Shown here in pieces: positions 9,809-19,386 of a stretch of 42,199 nucleotides of DNA. The stretch is from Candidatus Nanoarchaeia archaeon (GTDB lineage: Archaea > Nanobdellota > Nanobdellia > Woesearchaeales > DSVV01): contig JBMCCQ010000003.1 in NCBI GenBank assembly GCA_048618745.1, positions 1 through 42,199 of the forward strand. Direction: 5' to 3'. A program made the position numbers and the translations under genes. The stretch's first letter is position 1; each line of letters starts with the position of its first letter. The notes below the pieces were generated by a model. That model made no database searches, was not told where the DNA came from, and saw nothing but the letters and a program-made list of their open reading frames with translations.

Positions 9809-10149
9809 TATCCGCTCCTTTTCTCCGGAACCGGGCAGTCACCGCAGCCTGCAAATAACTCCTCACCTATCTTTTCAACATTTTCACCGTCTGAAGTAAA
9901 ATAAATGCACGCTGACTTATTTGTGCCTAGTAACTCTTTTAACTCTTCACAATCGAGTGAGCTTAGATAAGCTTCTTCTTGCTCATCAATTTCACCATCT
10001 CCGGTTATGTCTGAAAGTGTTGCATACGAGGTAACAGTATCTGGATTATCAGCCTGGCTGTAAAGGGTAAAAACACCTAATGCCATAACAACAAAAAGCA
10101 CAAAAAGGTCAAAACTAACCTGTATTTTATCTGCCTCTTTTTCCCCCAT
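9808..10149 (-). CDS. Membrane-anchored paralog of the adjacent pilin-like protein
   Basis: TM helix; 'LDCEELKELLG...ACIYF' matches the neighbour's 'MNCTEIKELFE...ICIYF'. Confidence 0.7.
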   Translation of the reverse strand: MGEKEADKIQVSFDLFVLFVVMALGVFTLYSQADNPDTVTSYATLSDITGDGEIDEQEEAYLSSLDCEELKELLGTNKSACIYFTSDGENVEKIGEELFAGCGDCPVPEKRSG

Positions 10150-10157
10150 TCTAACAC

Positions 10158-10565
10158 CTAAATAATAGTTCCGCAGCTTTTATTGCCTATTTCAACTCCT
10201 TCACAGCCTACGCCCAATTTATGAATTGTCCCGTTAGTCAAAGGAACGACATTTCTTTCTGAATCCCTGAAATATATACAAATATCAAGCTTTGACTCAA
10301 ATAGCTCCTTAATCTCGGTACAATTCATTTCAACAAGCCTTGCCTCTTCCTCCTCACTAAGAGAATCGTCTTCAAATATTACATTTTCGCGCAGCCTGTG
10401 CACAAGCACCTCGCTGTTTGCTGTTAGCTCACTTTCTGCCCCCTGCAGGCTTATAAAACTGTAAAATGCAACAACAGTTGTAAGAAACAATCCTATTGCA
10501 AGGTACGAGTCAATTGAAAGGGTCTGTCCCTTATTATGAAAGCCACCTGTTTTAATAATATTCAC
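10158..10565 (-). CDS. Minor pilin-like protein with a class III signal peptide
   Basis: 'NKG|QTLSIDSYLAIGLFL' motif. Confidence 0.75.
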   Translation of the reverse strand: MNIIKTGGFHNKGQTLSIDSYLAIGLFLTTVVAFYSFISLQGAESELTANSEVLVHRLRENVIFEDDSLSEEEEARLVEMNCTEIKELFESKLDICIYFRDSERNVVPLTNGTIHKLGVGCEGVEIGNKSCGTII

Positions 10566-10609
10566 CTCTTTTTAATAGCTCCTGACTTTATATGTATAAA
10601 AAGTTTTCG

Positions 10610-13423
10610 CTATTCCAAAACAATCGCAGGCTTTCCCGGCTGGGCTGAGCCAGCTTTTTTTTCACTGCTTTCTTCAGCATCCAAAAGCTCAATCTCACAG
10701 CCAAACTCATCCTGCAAAAATTCTTTTGCTTCACTTATTGTTGCCTTTTCTTCCTGTTTAACCATGTATTGGGGCACTGAGCCTGCCTTAATTATTTTTG
10801 GGGCTATTTTCATAATCTCCTGACCATGCTCTCTTAAATGCGTCTGCATTATCTCTGATACAGCCTCTTTTGGGTTGTCCTTTTTGCTCTTTGCAAGCAT
10901 ATCATAAAGCTCATATTTCCAGGAATGAGGCATAATTACCTTTATCTTTTTAACCTCATCAATCTTTGCAAGCCTTTTCGCTGTGTTTATATCATTAATC
11001 AACTGCGTAATAAGCCATTCAGTATCCTTTTCAATCTTGCTTTCATCGTACTCCGGCCAGGATGCAACAGATGCGTAACCACCTTTTCCAAGCTTTTCCC
11101 AAACCTCCTCGCATACATGAGGGCAATATGGCTGAAGCATTATTGTCTGTGCAGTAACAAGCTCATCCCAGACCCGTTTATTTGGAACATTTTTAACTCT
11201 TTTCAGATACCACCTTTTATATTTGCTCAACTCAAAAAATATTGCCTGGAAAGCTGTTCTGAATAAAGTCTTGTCCATTGCCTCTGTGGCGTTTTTTATA
11301 ATCTCATGCAGCCTGCTTTCCATCCACGCATCAATCTTATTATATTCTTCCCGCAAATCTTTGTTTTCTGTTGCAAGCTCGTACCAGTTATAGAGTTTAC
11401 CTACCAAATTATTTGCAAAACTTGAATCCCAGTTGGGGTCGTCAAGCTCTTCCCCGCCTGAAAGGATAGTAATCCTTGGGACATCCGGGCCGTAGTCTGT
11501 CACAATCTTTTTGATGGGAATTACATTCCCTCTTGACTTAGACATCTTCTCACCGTCTACTGTTACCCAGCCGTTTACGCCGATTCCTGCCGGCCATTTA
11601 TCTTCAGGAAATATTGCGGTGTGATTGAAAATAAAAAAGGTAAGGTGGTTCTGAATAAGATCTTTTCCGCTGTTTCTAAAGTCCACCGGATACCAGTAAT
11701 TAAATTCCTTTCTCAGTTCATCGGCAAATTTTTTCTCAACTTTTAGCGGAGCTTCTTTTCCTAAAAACACATAATCAAAGAAATTGTCATCAAGCTTTTC
11801 AGCATCAATTTGTGTTATGCGGTGTGCTATCGTATAGTAAGCCATATAAATTGTCGAATCAGAGAGTGACTCGATAAGCCATTTCTCATCCCATGGCAGT
11901 TTGGTGCCCAAACCCTCTTCTCTTGTGCATGCCCACTCATGAAGCCAGTCAATTACATAATTGAACTGCTGCCTGGCTTTTTCCGGGTAAAGGGCCATCT
12001 TGTCAAGGCATTTATGGGCAAGCTTTTTCCACTCAGAATCAGCGTAGTTAAGAAACCATTGGTCTGAAACTATTTTTACTATGCACTCGCTTAAGTTCCT
12101 TGATACAACCCTTCCTGTAAGCTCATAAAAAAGAACTGCCTCCCCGCTTTCCACAAGCTCTTTTTTTATTTTGTCCTTGGCAAATTCGACTTTTTCTCCT
12201 TTGTACTTTCCGGCAAGCATAGTGCCTTCATAAAACCCCTTCTTATATACCTCCTTTTTCGCACGCTCAAGCTTTTCCCGTTCATTTATGCTTTTAATCC
12301 CCAGCTCTTCAGTCATCTTTTTTGCAGCAACGTCCCCTAAATCTGATGAATTTATTATAGGTATTGGCTCAATTTTTGCCATTTCAGCGGAGACTCCGAA
12401 CTTTTGAAGTTCTTCAGGGTTATTTTGTAATTCAATCAGCCCCATGTAATCATCAGGAGCATCGCTTGGAACACTTGTAACAATCCCTGTGCCTTTTTCA
12501 GCTGAGGGGAAACTGGCAGGAAGAACAGGTATTTTATTTTCAACAACCGGGGCCTTTACCTTTTGTCCTATTAATTCTGAGCCCCTAATGTTACCGGTAA
12601 TCTCAACCTTGTTGTCCTGCTCTTCAAGCTTATTTGCACAGTCTTCACTTATTATCCAGTTTTCATCATTAACTCTGGCTTTTACATATTCAATCTCCGG
12701 GTTTACCCAAAGATTAGTCTGCCCGTATACAGTTTCCGGCCTTAAGGTTGCCGCAACAAGCTTATATTCACCCATATCAAACCTTAAAAGAACATACTCC
12801 TGTGGAACTTCACCTTCCCCTTCGACTCTGTCATGGTCACCTACTGCAACATTTTCCTTAGGGTCCCATACTACCGGGAACCTGCCCTTTATTACAAAAT
12901 TTCCTTCCCTTAATTTATTAAACTGCCACTTTATAAACTTATCATAATGAGGATTCAGGCTTGTGGTTATAAACTCGCGCCTCCAGTCCACGCTGGCCCC
13001 CATATCACTCCAGCATTCTCTGAACTTTGGCCTGAAAAATTCAATCCAGTATTCCGGCTCCTCAAATTTTGGAATCTCTTCTTCGGGGATGCCCATGTCC
13101 CTCATCATCTTAATCTGTTTTTCTTCTCTCTCTTTTACTCTCTTGGCAGCACTTATTATTGGTGAACCGGTAACATGCCAGCCTTGCGGAAACAAAACAT
13201 TATAGCCTCTGCTTCTTTTGTATCTTGCAAATGCATCAACTCTTACAAGCGTATATAAATGTCCAATATGTGGGTATGCGTTAATATAAGGGTAAGGGAA
13301 TGTCAGAAAGTACTTTTCCTTCTCTTCATTTACACCTGGCTCAAAGACTTTGTCCTCAGCCCATTTCTTTTGCCACTTACTCTCAACATCGTGAAAAAAT
13401 TGAAGTTCTCTGCTTTTTGTCAT
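10610..13423 (-). CDS. leuS: Leucine--tRNA ligase (archaeal type)
   Basis: 'FPYPYINAYPHIGH', editing-domain 'ATLRPET' and 'GTGIVTSVPSDAPDD', KMSKS, C-terminal 'PGKPAI'. Confidence 0.97.
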   Translation of the reverse strand: MTKSRELQFFHDVESKWQKKWAEDKVFEPGVNEEKEKYFLTFPYPYINAYPHIGHLYTLVRVDAFARYKRSRGYNVLFPQGWHVTGSPIISAAKRVKEREEKQIKMMRDMGIPEEEIPKFEEPEYWIEFFRPKFRECWSDMGASVDWRREFITTSLNPHYDKFIKWQFNKLREGNFVIKGRFPVVWDPKENVAVGDHDRVEGEGEVPQEYVLLRFDMGEYKLVAATLRPETVYGQTNLWVNPEIEYVKARVNDENWIISEDCANKLEEQDNKVEITGNIRGSELIGQKVKAPVVENKIPVLPASFPSAEKGTGIVTSVPSDAPDDYMGLIELQNNPEELQKFGVSAEMAKIEPIPIINSSDLGDVAAKKMTEELGIKSINEREKLERAKKEVYKKGFYEGTMLAGKYKGEKVEFAKDKIKKELVESGEAVLFYELTGRVVSRNLSECIVKIVSDQWFLNYADSEWKKLAHKCLDKMALYPEKARQQFNYVIDWLHEWACTREEGLGTKLPWDEKWLIESLSDSTIYMAYYTIAHRITQIDAEKLDDNFFDYVFLGKEAPLKVEKKFADELRKEFNYWYPVDFRNSGKDLIQNHLTFFIFNHTAIFPEDKWPAGIGVNGWVTVDGEKMSKSRGNVIPIKKIVTDYGPDVPRITILSGGEELDDPNWDSSFANNLVGKLYNWYELATENKDLREEYNKIDAWMESRLHEIIKNATEAMDKTLFRTAFQAIFFELSKYKRWYLKRVKNVPNKRVWDELVTAQTIMLQPYCPHVCEEVWEKLGKGGYASVASWPEYDESKIEKDTEWLITQLINDINTAKRLAKIDEVKKIKVIMPHSWKYELYDMLAKSKKDNPKEAVSEIMQTHLREHGQEIMKIAPKIIKAGSVPQYMVKQEEKATISEAKEFLQDEFGCEIELLDAEESSEKKAGSAQPGKPAIVLE

Positions 13424-13535
13424 CTTATGCTTTAGTTTTTAAGAATAGTATAAAAATTTTGCCTTGAAAATATGAAAATATTTTTGTTTGCGCCTTTTGC
13501 GAAAAACCCAAAGCCAACAATGAAAGTGTAGCTAG

Positions 13536-13551
13536 GGGAAAAGTTATAAAT
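13536..13551 (+). promoter_or_regulatory. Putative BRE/TATA promoter of the ABC-class ATPase
   Basis: GGGAAAAG-TTATAAAT ending about 22 nt before ATG 13574. Confidence 0.5.
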
Positions 13552-13573
13552 CCTTGCCTTAACCATTAAACAG

Positions 13574-15247
13574 ATGCAGGACAGTAATGATTTGCATAGT
13601 ATTTTAAGGCGGATTAACAGAAAAAGCTATAATGCCTATAAAGATATTAAGGGTAGTTATAACCTCAAAAACTGCAGACTTTTTATTGACCATGTGCAGG
13701 GTGACCCCTTTGCAGCCCCAAGCAGGCTTCGCGTCAGGGTCAAAAATACTTTTCCCTTAGAGGCTTTCAAAAATAAAAGCAGGGAAATTGCCTTGAGGGA
13801 TTTTCTCACGAGGGCTTTTTCAAAATCAGCAAAAAAGTATGCAAAGCAAAACAGGGCAAGCGGCAAAAGCGGTCTTATTAAAATAGATACACCCGGCCCG
13901 GAAATACTTGAGAGAACTTCTGTTGTGCTAACTTCGGAATTTGTTGAGGCGAGGTTTGAAGCAGGGCTTCCTGCCTTTGGACGCAAAATTGCGGGAGATG
14001 ATGCAATACAAATGCTTCTTGAAGAAATCCCCATGATAACAAGGAATTCCCTTTTTTTTAGTGCAGTTGATGAGGCTAAGCTTTATGAGCATATCTATGT
14101 TTGTGAAGATGCTCATGCATTAAGAGAAAAACTTTGTGAGCTTGGACTTATTGCATTTATTGCAAATAAAGCTATCCTGCCAAGGGAAAGCGGCATAAGC
14201 CAGAAGCCTCTTAAGGGAGCTGTTCCGTTTGCATCCCCGCGAGACTTTGAGCACACAATAAACCTTCCAAACAGGGTAATCTCAGGTATGGGTATCCCTG
14301 AGGGAATCTCTTTAATTGTTGGCGGTGGTTATCATGGAAAATCAACATTGCTTAATGCAATTGAGCTTGGAATATATAACCACATCCCCTCTGACGGCCG
14401 GGAGTTTGTTGTTGCCAGAAAAAACTGTGTTAAAATCAGAGCGGAGGACGGGAGAAGCGTAAAGGATGCTGATATTTCTCCGTTTATTAATGATTTGCCG
14501 CAGGGCAAGGATACAACAAGGTTCTCTTCAGAAAATGCCTCAGGAAGTACTTCACAGGCTGCAAATATTGTTGAGGCCCTGGAAGCAGGAGCAGGAACCC
14601 TCTTAATTGATGAAGACACCTCTGCAACTAATTTTATGATACGTGATGAGAGAATGCAAAAGCTTGTCCCAAAAGAAAAGGAACCTATTACCCCGTATGT
14701 TGATAAGGCAAAACAGCTCTATAATGAGCATAATGTTTCAACCATATTAGTTATCGGCGGAAGCGGGGCATACTTTGATATTGCTGACACTGTCATTTGC
14801 ATGTTTGAGTATGAGCCTTATGAAGTGACGCAAAAAGCAAAACAAATTGCGCAGCATCATGGTAAAAAGGAAAGGGGAGAAAACGGTTTTGGCCAAATTC
14901 AAAACAGAACTCCTCTAAAGCAAAGCATCAACCCTTACAAAAAGGATAAGTTCAAAGTTTCAGCAACAATTAACTCAATACAGATGGGAGTAGAAAAAAT
15001 TGAGCTTTCCTGCGTAGAGCAGCTTGCTGATGAGAGCCAGACTAGAGCAATCGCTTATGCGCTTGCCTATGCCAAAAAATATATGAATTTACCGCTAAAA
15101 GATATTTTGGAAAAAGTTATGCAGGACATAAATAATAATTCTTTAGATATACTTACCTCTCAGCCAAAGGGGAATCTTGCAGAATTTAGAAAACAGGAGC
15201 TTGCAGCTGCCTTAAACCGCAGCCGCAGCCTGCTAATAAAAAAATAG
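13574..15247 (+). CDS. Stand-alone ABC-class ATPase (ABC_ATPase family)
   Basis: 'DHVQGDPFAAPS', Walker A GGGYHGKST, 'ASGSTSQAAN', Walker B 'LLIDEDTSATNFM'. Confidence 0.85.
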   Translation: MQDSNDLHSILRRINRKSYNAYKDIKGSYNLKNCRLFIDHVQGDPFAAPSRLRVRVKNTFPLEAFKNKSREIALRDFLTRAFSKSAKKYAKQNRASGKSGLIKIDTPGPEILERTSVVLTSEFVEARFEAGLPAFGRKIAGDDAIQMLLEEIPMITRNSLFFSAVDEAKLYEHIYVCEDAHALREKLCELGLIAFIANKAILPRESGISQKPLKGAVPFASPRDFEHTINLPNRVISGMGIPEGISLIVGGGYHGKSTLLNAIELGIYNHIPSDGREFVVARKNCVKIRAEDGRSVKDADISPFINDLPQGKDTTRFSSENASGSTSQAANIVEALEAGAGTLLIDEDTSATNFMIRDERMQKLVPKEKEPITPYVDKAKQLYNEHNVSTILVIGGSGAYFDIADTVICMFEYEPYEVTQKAKQIAQHHGKKERGENGFGQIQNRTPLKQSINPYKKDKFKVSATINSIQMGVEKIELSCVEQLADESQTRAIAYALAYAKKYMNLPLKDILEKVMQDINNNSLDILTSQPKGNLAEFRKQELAAALNRSRSLLIKK

Positions 15248-15374
15248 CATTATTGAAAATCCCGACAGTGATTTGAAGCGGGGTTTGCTACACTGCTAGC
15301 ATCCTCATCACCCGTTTCCAGCTTAAAATAAATTTTAAGTGTATGGCTTGCAACCTATAAATCCAAAATTATTG

Positions 15375-16292
15375 TTATTTTTCAATTAGCTTTTCATCCT
15401 TTACCAAAGTCCCGAAATGCCTGCCACCTTTTTCAAATCTTGTTAAGATCTTATCACCTTCACTCAGTTTTGTTACTGGTTTACTGCCTTCAGATGTCAC
15501 TACCCTTATTGTCTCTGCGTTTTGTAGAATTGCCTTTGCTGTCTGTTTACCTGAATTATTTGATACCTCCACAAGCACAAGGGGGCGAACTTCAAGTTTT
15601 GCCCTTCCTACAATACTGTTTCTTGTTATCCCCTTCCTGTTTACAACCAACACCTCATCGCCTGAAGAAATTTCTTCAAGATACCTTGTCTTTTTGCCTG
15701 TTAATGTATACATTGAAACAGCGCCTGCATTTACCCTGAATGGCCTTGGGGAGACAAAGGGGTTTTTTTCAACTTCAGCCTGCACAAGAATCATCCCCTG
15801 CGAGCTGCTTCCAACAAGCATCCCTTCGCCTTCATCCATCATGTCGCATGTGTCAATACATGCCCTGACACCCATCCCTAATGGTTTTATTTTTTGTACT
15901 TTTGCCTCTGTCAGCTTGTATTCCTTATTGGCAGTGATTAACTCCATTGTTTTTTTTAGTTCAGTTATATCGTTTGTCTCTAACACAACACCGTCTGCAC
16001 CAAGCTCGAGTGCCTCCATTGCAAGTTTGGCCTCATCCGCATTTTTTACCTTAACTAAAAGCTCAGTTTTTCCCTTAAGCTCTGCGACTAAATTTTCAAG
16101 GGGAATAATTTTTTGCCCTGTAAATTCAATAAGCACCCTCTCCCCTGCAGTATTTACAATATTTTGCTCGTCTTCTTTGCTTTTTATTTTAAACTTTTCA
16201 AGCTTACCGGCTTCTTCATAAAGTGTAAGGCCTAAAAGTTTTGCCTCGTTTTTTAGCTCCTTGTCATTTGTTTTTATTATCAGTTTTTTCAT
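15375..16292 (-). CDS. aroB': 3-dehydroquinate synthase II
   Basis: 'IIPLENL', 'RACIDTC', 'GEGMLVGS', 'RPFRVNAGAV', 'ILQNAETIR', 'GRHFG'. Confidence 0.93.
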   Translation of the reverse strand: MKKLIIKTNDKELKNEAKLLGLTLYEEAGKLEKFKIKSKEDEQNIVNTAGERVLIEFTGQKIIPLENLVAELKGKTELLVKVKNADEAKLAMEALELGADGVVLETNDITELKKTMELITANKEYKLTEAKVQKIKPLGMGVRACIDTCDMMDEGEGMLVGSSSQGMILVQAEVEKNPFVSPRPFRVNAGAVSMYTLTGKKTRYLEEISSGDEVLVVNRKGITRNSIVGRAKLEVRPLVLVEVSNNSGKQTAKAILQNAETIRVVTSEGSKPVTKLSEGDKILTRFEKGGRHFGTLVKDEKLIEK

Positions 16293-16299
16293 AATGCCT

Positions 16300-17100
16300 T
16301 CACCTCGTCTTAACCTGCACTTCCATTACTTCTAGTGCCTCTTCAACAGTTTTTTCCTCAACAATAATTTCTCTTAAGGCATTAACTATTCTTTCAGGGC
16401 TCTCATGCTGGAATGCATTCCTTCCTAGTGAAATTCCTGCAGCGCCGCCTTTCATTGCGCCATTTACCATTTCTAAAACATCTTTATCAGTTTCACATTT
16501 TGGTCCGCCCGCAATTACAACCGGGACAGGGCAGCCTTGTGTTACCTTTTTGAAGCTTTCAGGGTCTCCGGTGTAACTTGTTTTTACAATATCTGCTCCA
16601 AGTTCTGCTGCTACTCTTGTAACCATTGCAATATTTTCAGCATCCATTGAATCTTTAATATTGTCCCCCCTCGGGTAGGCCATAGCAAGAAGCGGCATCT
16701 GCATTTTTTCGCAATCTTCTGCAATCTTAGCCATGTCCTTAATCATTTCCGGCTCTGCAATATTTCCACCTATATTCAGGTGGACTGACACGGCATCGGC
16801 ACCAAGCTTTACTGCCTCTTTGACACAACCCACCAACACTTTGCCGTCAGGGTTAGATGAGAATTTCGTGCTTGCAGAAAGATGCATTATAATTCCGCAA
16901 CTGGTTGTTTTTTGTAGGTTCTTAATTATGCCCTTATGAAGCACAACCCCTGTAGCACCCCCTTTATCAATTTTTGGAACTGTTTCATTCATATCCTCGA
17001 TACCCTGCACGGGTCCTTTAGTCGTGCCATGGTCCATTGGAATAATCACGGCCTTGCCATTGTTTGTTATCCTGTTAAGTCTTATATCTTTTCCATTCAT
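16300..17100 (-). CDS. aroA': 2-amino-3,7-dideoxy-D-threo-hept-6-ulosonate (ADH) synthase (DhnA-type aldolase)
   Basis: 'IPMDHG', 'MHLSAST', 'AELGADIVKT', 'IAGGPK'; lies between asd and DHQ synthase II. Confidence 0.88.
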   Translation of the reverse strand: MNGKDIRLNRITNNGKAVIIPMDHGTTKGPVQGIEDMNETVPKIDKGGATGVVLHKGIIKNLQKTTSCGIIMHLSASTKFSSNPDGKVLVGCVKEAVKLGADAVSVHLNIGGNIAEPEMIKDMAKIAEDCEKMQMPLLAMAYPRGDNIKDSMDAENIAMVTRVAAELGADIVKTSYTGDPESFKKVTQGCPVPVVIAGGPKCETDKDVLEMVNGAMKGGAAGISLGRNAFQHESPERIVNALREIIVEEKTVEEALEVMEVQVKTR

Positions 17101-17102
17101 TT

Positions 17103-18125
17103 TTATCCCTCCAGTATTTTTTTTGCAAATAAAAGTTCAGCATTAAGGATGCTGCCTCCGGCAGCCCCCCTTATTGTATTGTGCCCTAACAAGTGGAACC
17201 TAAAATCCAGAATTTTATCCTCTTTAAGCCGGCCCACTACAACACTCATCCCTTTCTCTGTGTTTTTATCAAGCCTTGGCTGCGGCCTTTCTTCATCTTC
17301 AATGTAGTGTATAGGTTTTTTGGGCGCAGACGGAAGTTCAAGCTCCTGCGGCAGACTGCTGTAGTTTCTAAAAGCTTCTATTACTTCGCCTTTTGTTGCT
17401 TTTTTTAAAAGCTTTACACTAATGCATTCCAAATGCCCGTCTGTTACATTTACTCTGTTGCAGCTTGCACTTACTTTAATTTCTGCATTAGTTACTTTGT
17501 TTTTTTCTATTTTTCCCAAAAGTTTCAGGGGCTCGGTTTCCACCTTTTCCTCTTCACCATTTATATGAGGCAGGACATTACCTGCAATATCCATTGAGGA
17601 GACTCCCGGGTAGCCTGCACCTGAGAGAGCCTGCATTGATACAACTGAGACTTTTTCAAGACCGAATTCATCATGAAGGGGCTTTAATGCCAAAACCAGC
17701 TGCGTTGTTGTGCAGTTAGCATTAGTTATAATAAAGCCTTTTTTGCCCTTGACAAGCTCAAGATGCTCAGGATTTACCTCTGGAATAACTAAAGGAACAT
17801 CCTCATCCATCCTGTGTGCGCCTGCGTTACTTGCAACCACTTTGCCTTCATTTACAAGTTTTGTTTCATATTCAGCTGCAGCATCTGAGGGAAGCGCTGA
17901 AAACACAAGCCTGCTTTCAATCCTGTCATTAAGTCCCTTAATCTTCATATTCGCGAACTTCTCTGGAAAATCAAACAGTCTGAATTTGCATGCCTCCTTT
18001 AGGCTCTTTCCCTTGGAGCGCTCGCTTGCAATTATTTCATTTACCTCAAACCAAGGGTGGTTTTGCAAAAGCTGTAGGAATCTTTGCCCGACTGCTCCCG
18101 TTACCCCTGCTATTGCTACTTTCAT
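17103..18125 (-). CDS. asd: Aspartate-semialdehyde dehydrogenase (archaeal type)
   Basis: 'GVTGAVGQRF', catalytic 'NANCTT', 'QALSGAG', 'HNTIRGAAG'. Confidence 0.95.
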   Translation of the reverse strand: MKVAIAGVTGAVGQRFLQLLQNHPWFEVNEIIASERSKGKSLKEACKFRLFDFPEKFANMKIKGLNDRIESRLVFSALPSDAAAEYETKLVNEGKVVASNAGAHRMDEDVPLVIPEVNPEHLELVKGKKGFIITNANCTTTQLVLALKPLHDEFGLEKVSVVSMQALSGAGYPGVSSMDIAGNVLPHINGEEEKVETEPLKLLGKIEKNKVTNAEIKVSASCNRVNVTDGHLECISVKLLKKATKGEVIEAFRNYSSLPQELELPSAPKKPIHYIEDEERPQPRLDKNTEKGMSVVVGRLKEDKILDFRFHLLGHNTIRGAAGGSILNAELLFAKKILEG

Positions 18126-19339
18126 AAAGACACCTCCAAAATTTTTTTTGCTTTTTTTGCAAGAGTACTGTCAACAAGAATATCTGCTTCACAACCGCTT
18201 GTGCTGATATCTGCTATGTTAATCCCGTGCTTTGCAAGTAATGTTCCAATTTTGCCAAGAACTCCTTTTTTAATGGCAAAATCAATGCCTGTTACTGTTA
18301 TAAGTGTAATATCTTTTATTGATGTAACAGCAGTCAGGTTTTTGTTTTTCTCAACAATAGAGTGCAACACATGCAATGCTTTTACCCTGTTTTTTTTGTC
18401 GACATAAAAACAAATTGAGTACTTTGATGCAGACACTGAGTAAATGTTAATCTTGTTTTTTGCCATTTGCTCAGAGAAATGGGCCAACAGCCCCGGCATC
18501 TCATCCATTCTTTTTCCAATCACTGTGACTGCAGATTTATTTTCGCTTAGTTTTACATCAACACACCTATTTAAGGTCCCTGTAACAAGCGTTCCTGATG
18601 TAAGCAAATCACCGTTATCAAAGTTAACTATTCTTACACCAACATCTTCTGGCTTGTAGATTAAAGAGCTTTGGCATAATACCTCGCCGCCCTTAAGGCT
18701 TAAGTTAAGGGCTTCTTCAACTGTTATCTCTTTTAATTTTCTCGCATCTTTAACAGTATTTGGCTCGCCTGATAAAATCCCCGGAACATCTTTTAAAAGA
18801 ATAACTTGTTTTGGCTTTAGGATTTTACCTAAAACAACAGCTGTTGTATCTGAGCCCCCTCTTCCGATAGTTGTTACTTTACCCCCCTTTGTTCTTCCTA
18901 TAAAACCCGGGACAACAGGGATTACTTTGTTTTTTATTAGTGGCAAAAGTTTAGTTTTGGTTTTCTTTTTAGTCTCATCAATCAGGATTTCTGCCTGGCC
19001 ATGCCTGTTATCCGTAATTATTGGGAAATTGTCATTTACCTGCAGCGCTTTTGCCTTCAGACCTGAATTATTAAGCGCGGAAACAAGAATTCTTGCACTC
19101 AACTGCTCTCCTTCACTTAAGATATTGTCAATATGGCCTGGGTCTTTTTTACTGTGGGTATTTTTGGCCACATCCATTAATGAATCTGTCATTCCTTTAA
19201 GGGCAGACACCACCAAAATAGGCAGTAAGCCTTTTTTTCTCACACTCTTTATTTTTTCAACAATTTGCTTTATTGTTTTACCTTCGGCTAAACACGAGCC
19301 ACCTACTTTAATTACTACGACGGAACGGGCAATGCCCAC
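18122..19339 (-). CDS. lysC: Aspartate kinase with C-terminal ACT domains (start uncertain; see findings)
   Basis: 'VIKVGGS', 'VVSALKGMTD', 'TTIGRGGSDTTA', 'KDVPGI', two ACT-like repeats. Confidence 0.92.
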   Translation of the reverse strand: MGIARSVVVIKVGGSCLAEGKTIKQIVEKIKSVRKKGLLPILVVSALKGMTDSLMDVAKNTHSKKDPGHIDNILSEGEQLSARILVSALNNSGLKAKALQVNDNFPIITDNRHGQAEILIDETKKKTKTKLLPLIKNKVIPVVPGFIGRTKGGKVTTIGRGGSDTTAVVLGKILKPKQVILLKDVPGILSGEPNTVKDARKLKEITVEEALNLSLKGGEVLCQSSLIYKPEDVGVRIVNFDNGDLLTSGTLVTGTLNRCVDVKLSENKSAVTVIGKRMDEMPGLLAHFSEQMAKNKINIYSVSASKYSICFYVDKKNRVKALHVLHSIVEKNKNLTAVTSIKDITLITVTGIDFAIKKGVLGKIGTLLAKHGINIADISTSGCEADILVDSTLAKKAKKILEVSL

Positions 19340-19386
19340 GATACGGGCGACCCCCCACGATTTTTGTTATTGTTTTCAACATTTGT

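Noticed and set aside
15250-15330. Archaeal SECIS element
   Set aside because: No in-frame UGA in the flanking genes and the GAA/A geometry is unconvincing.
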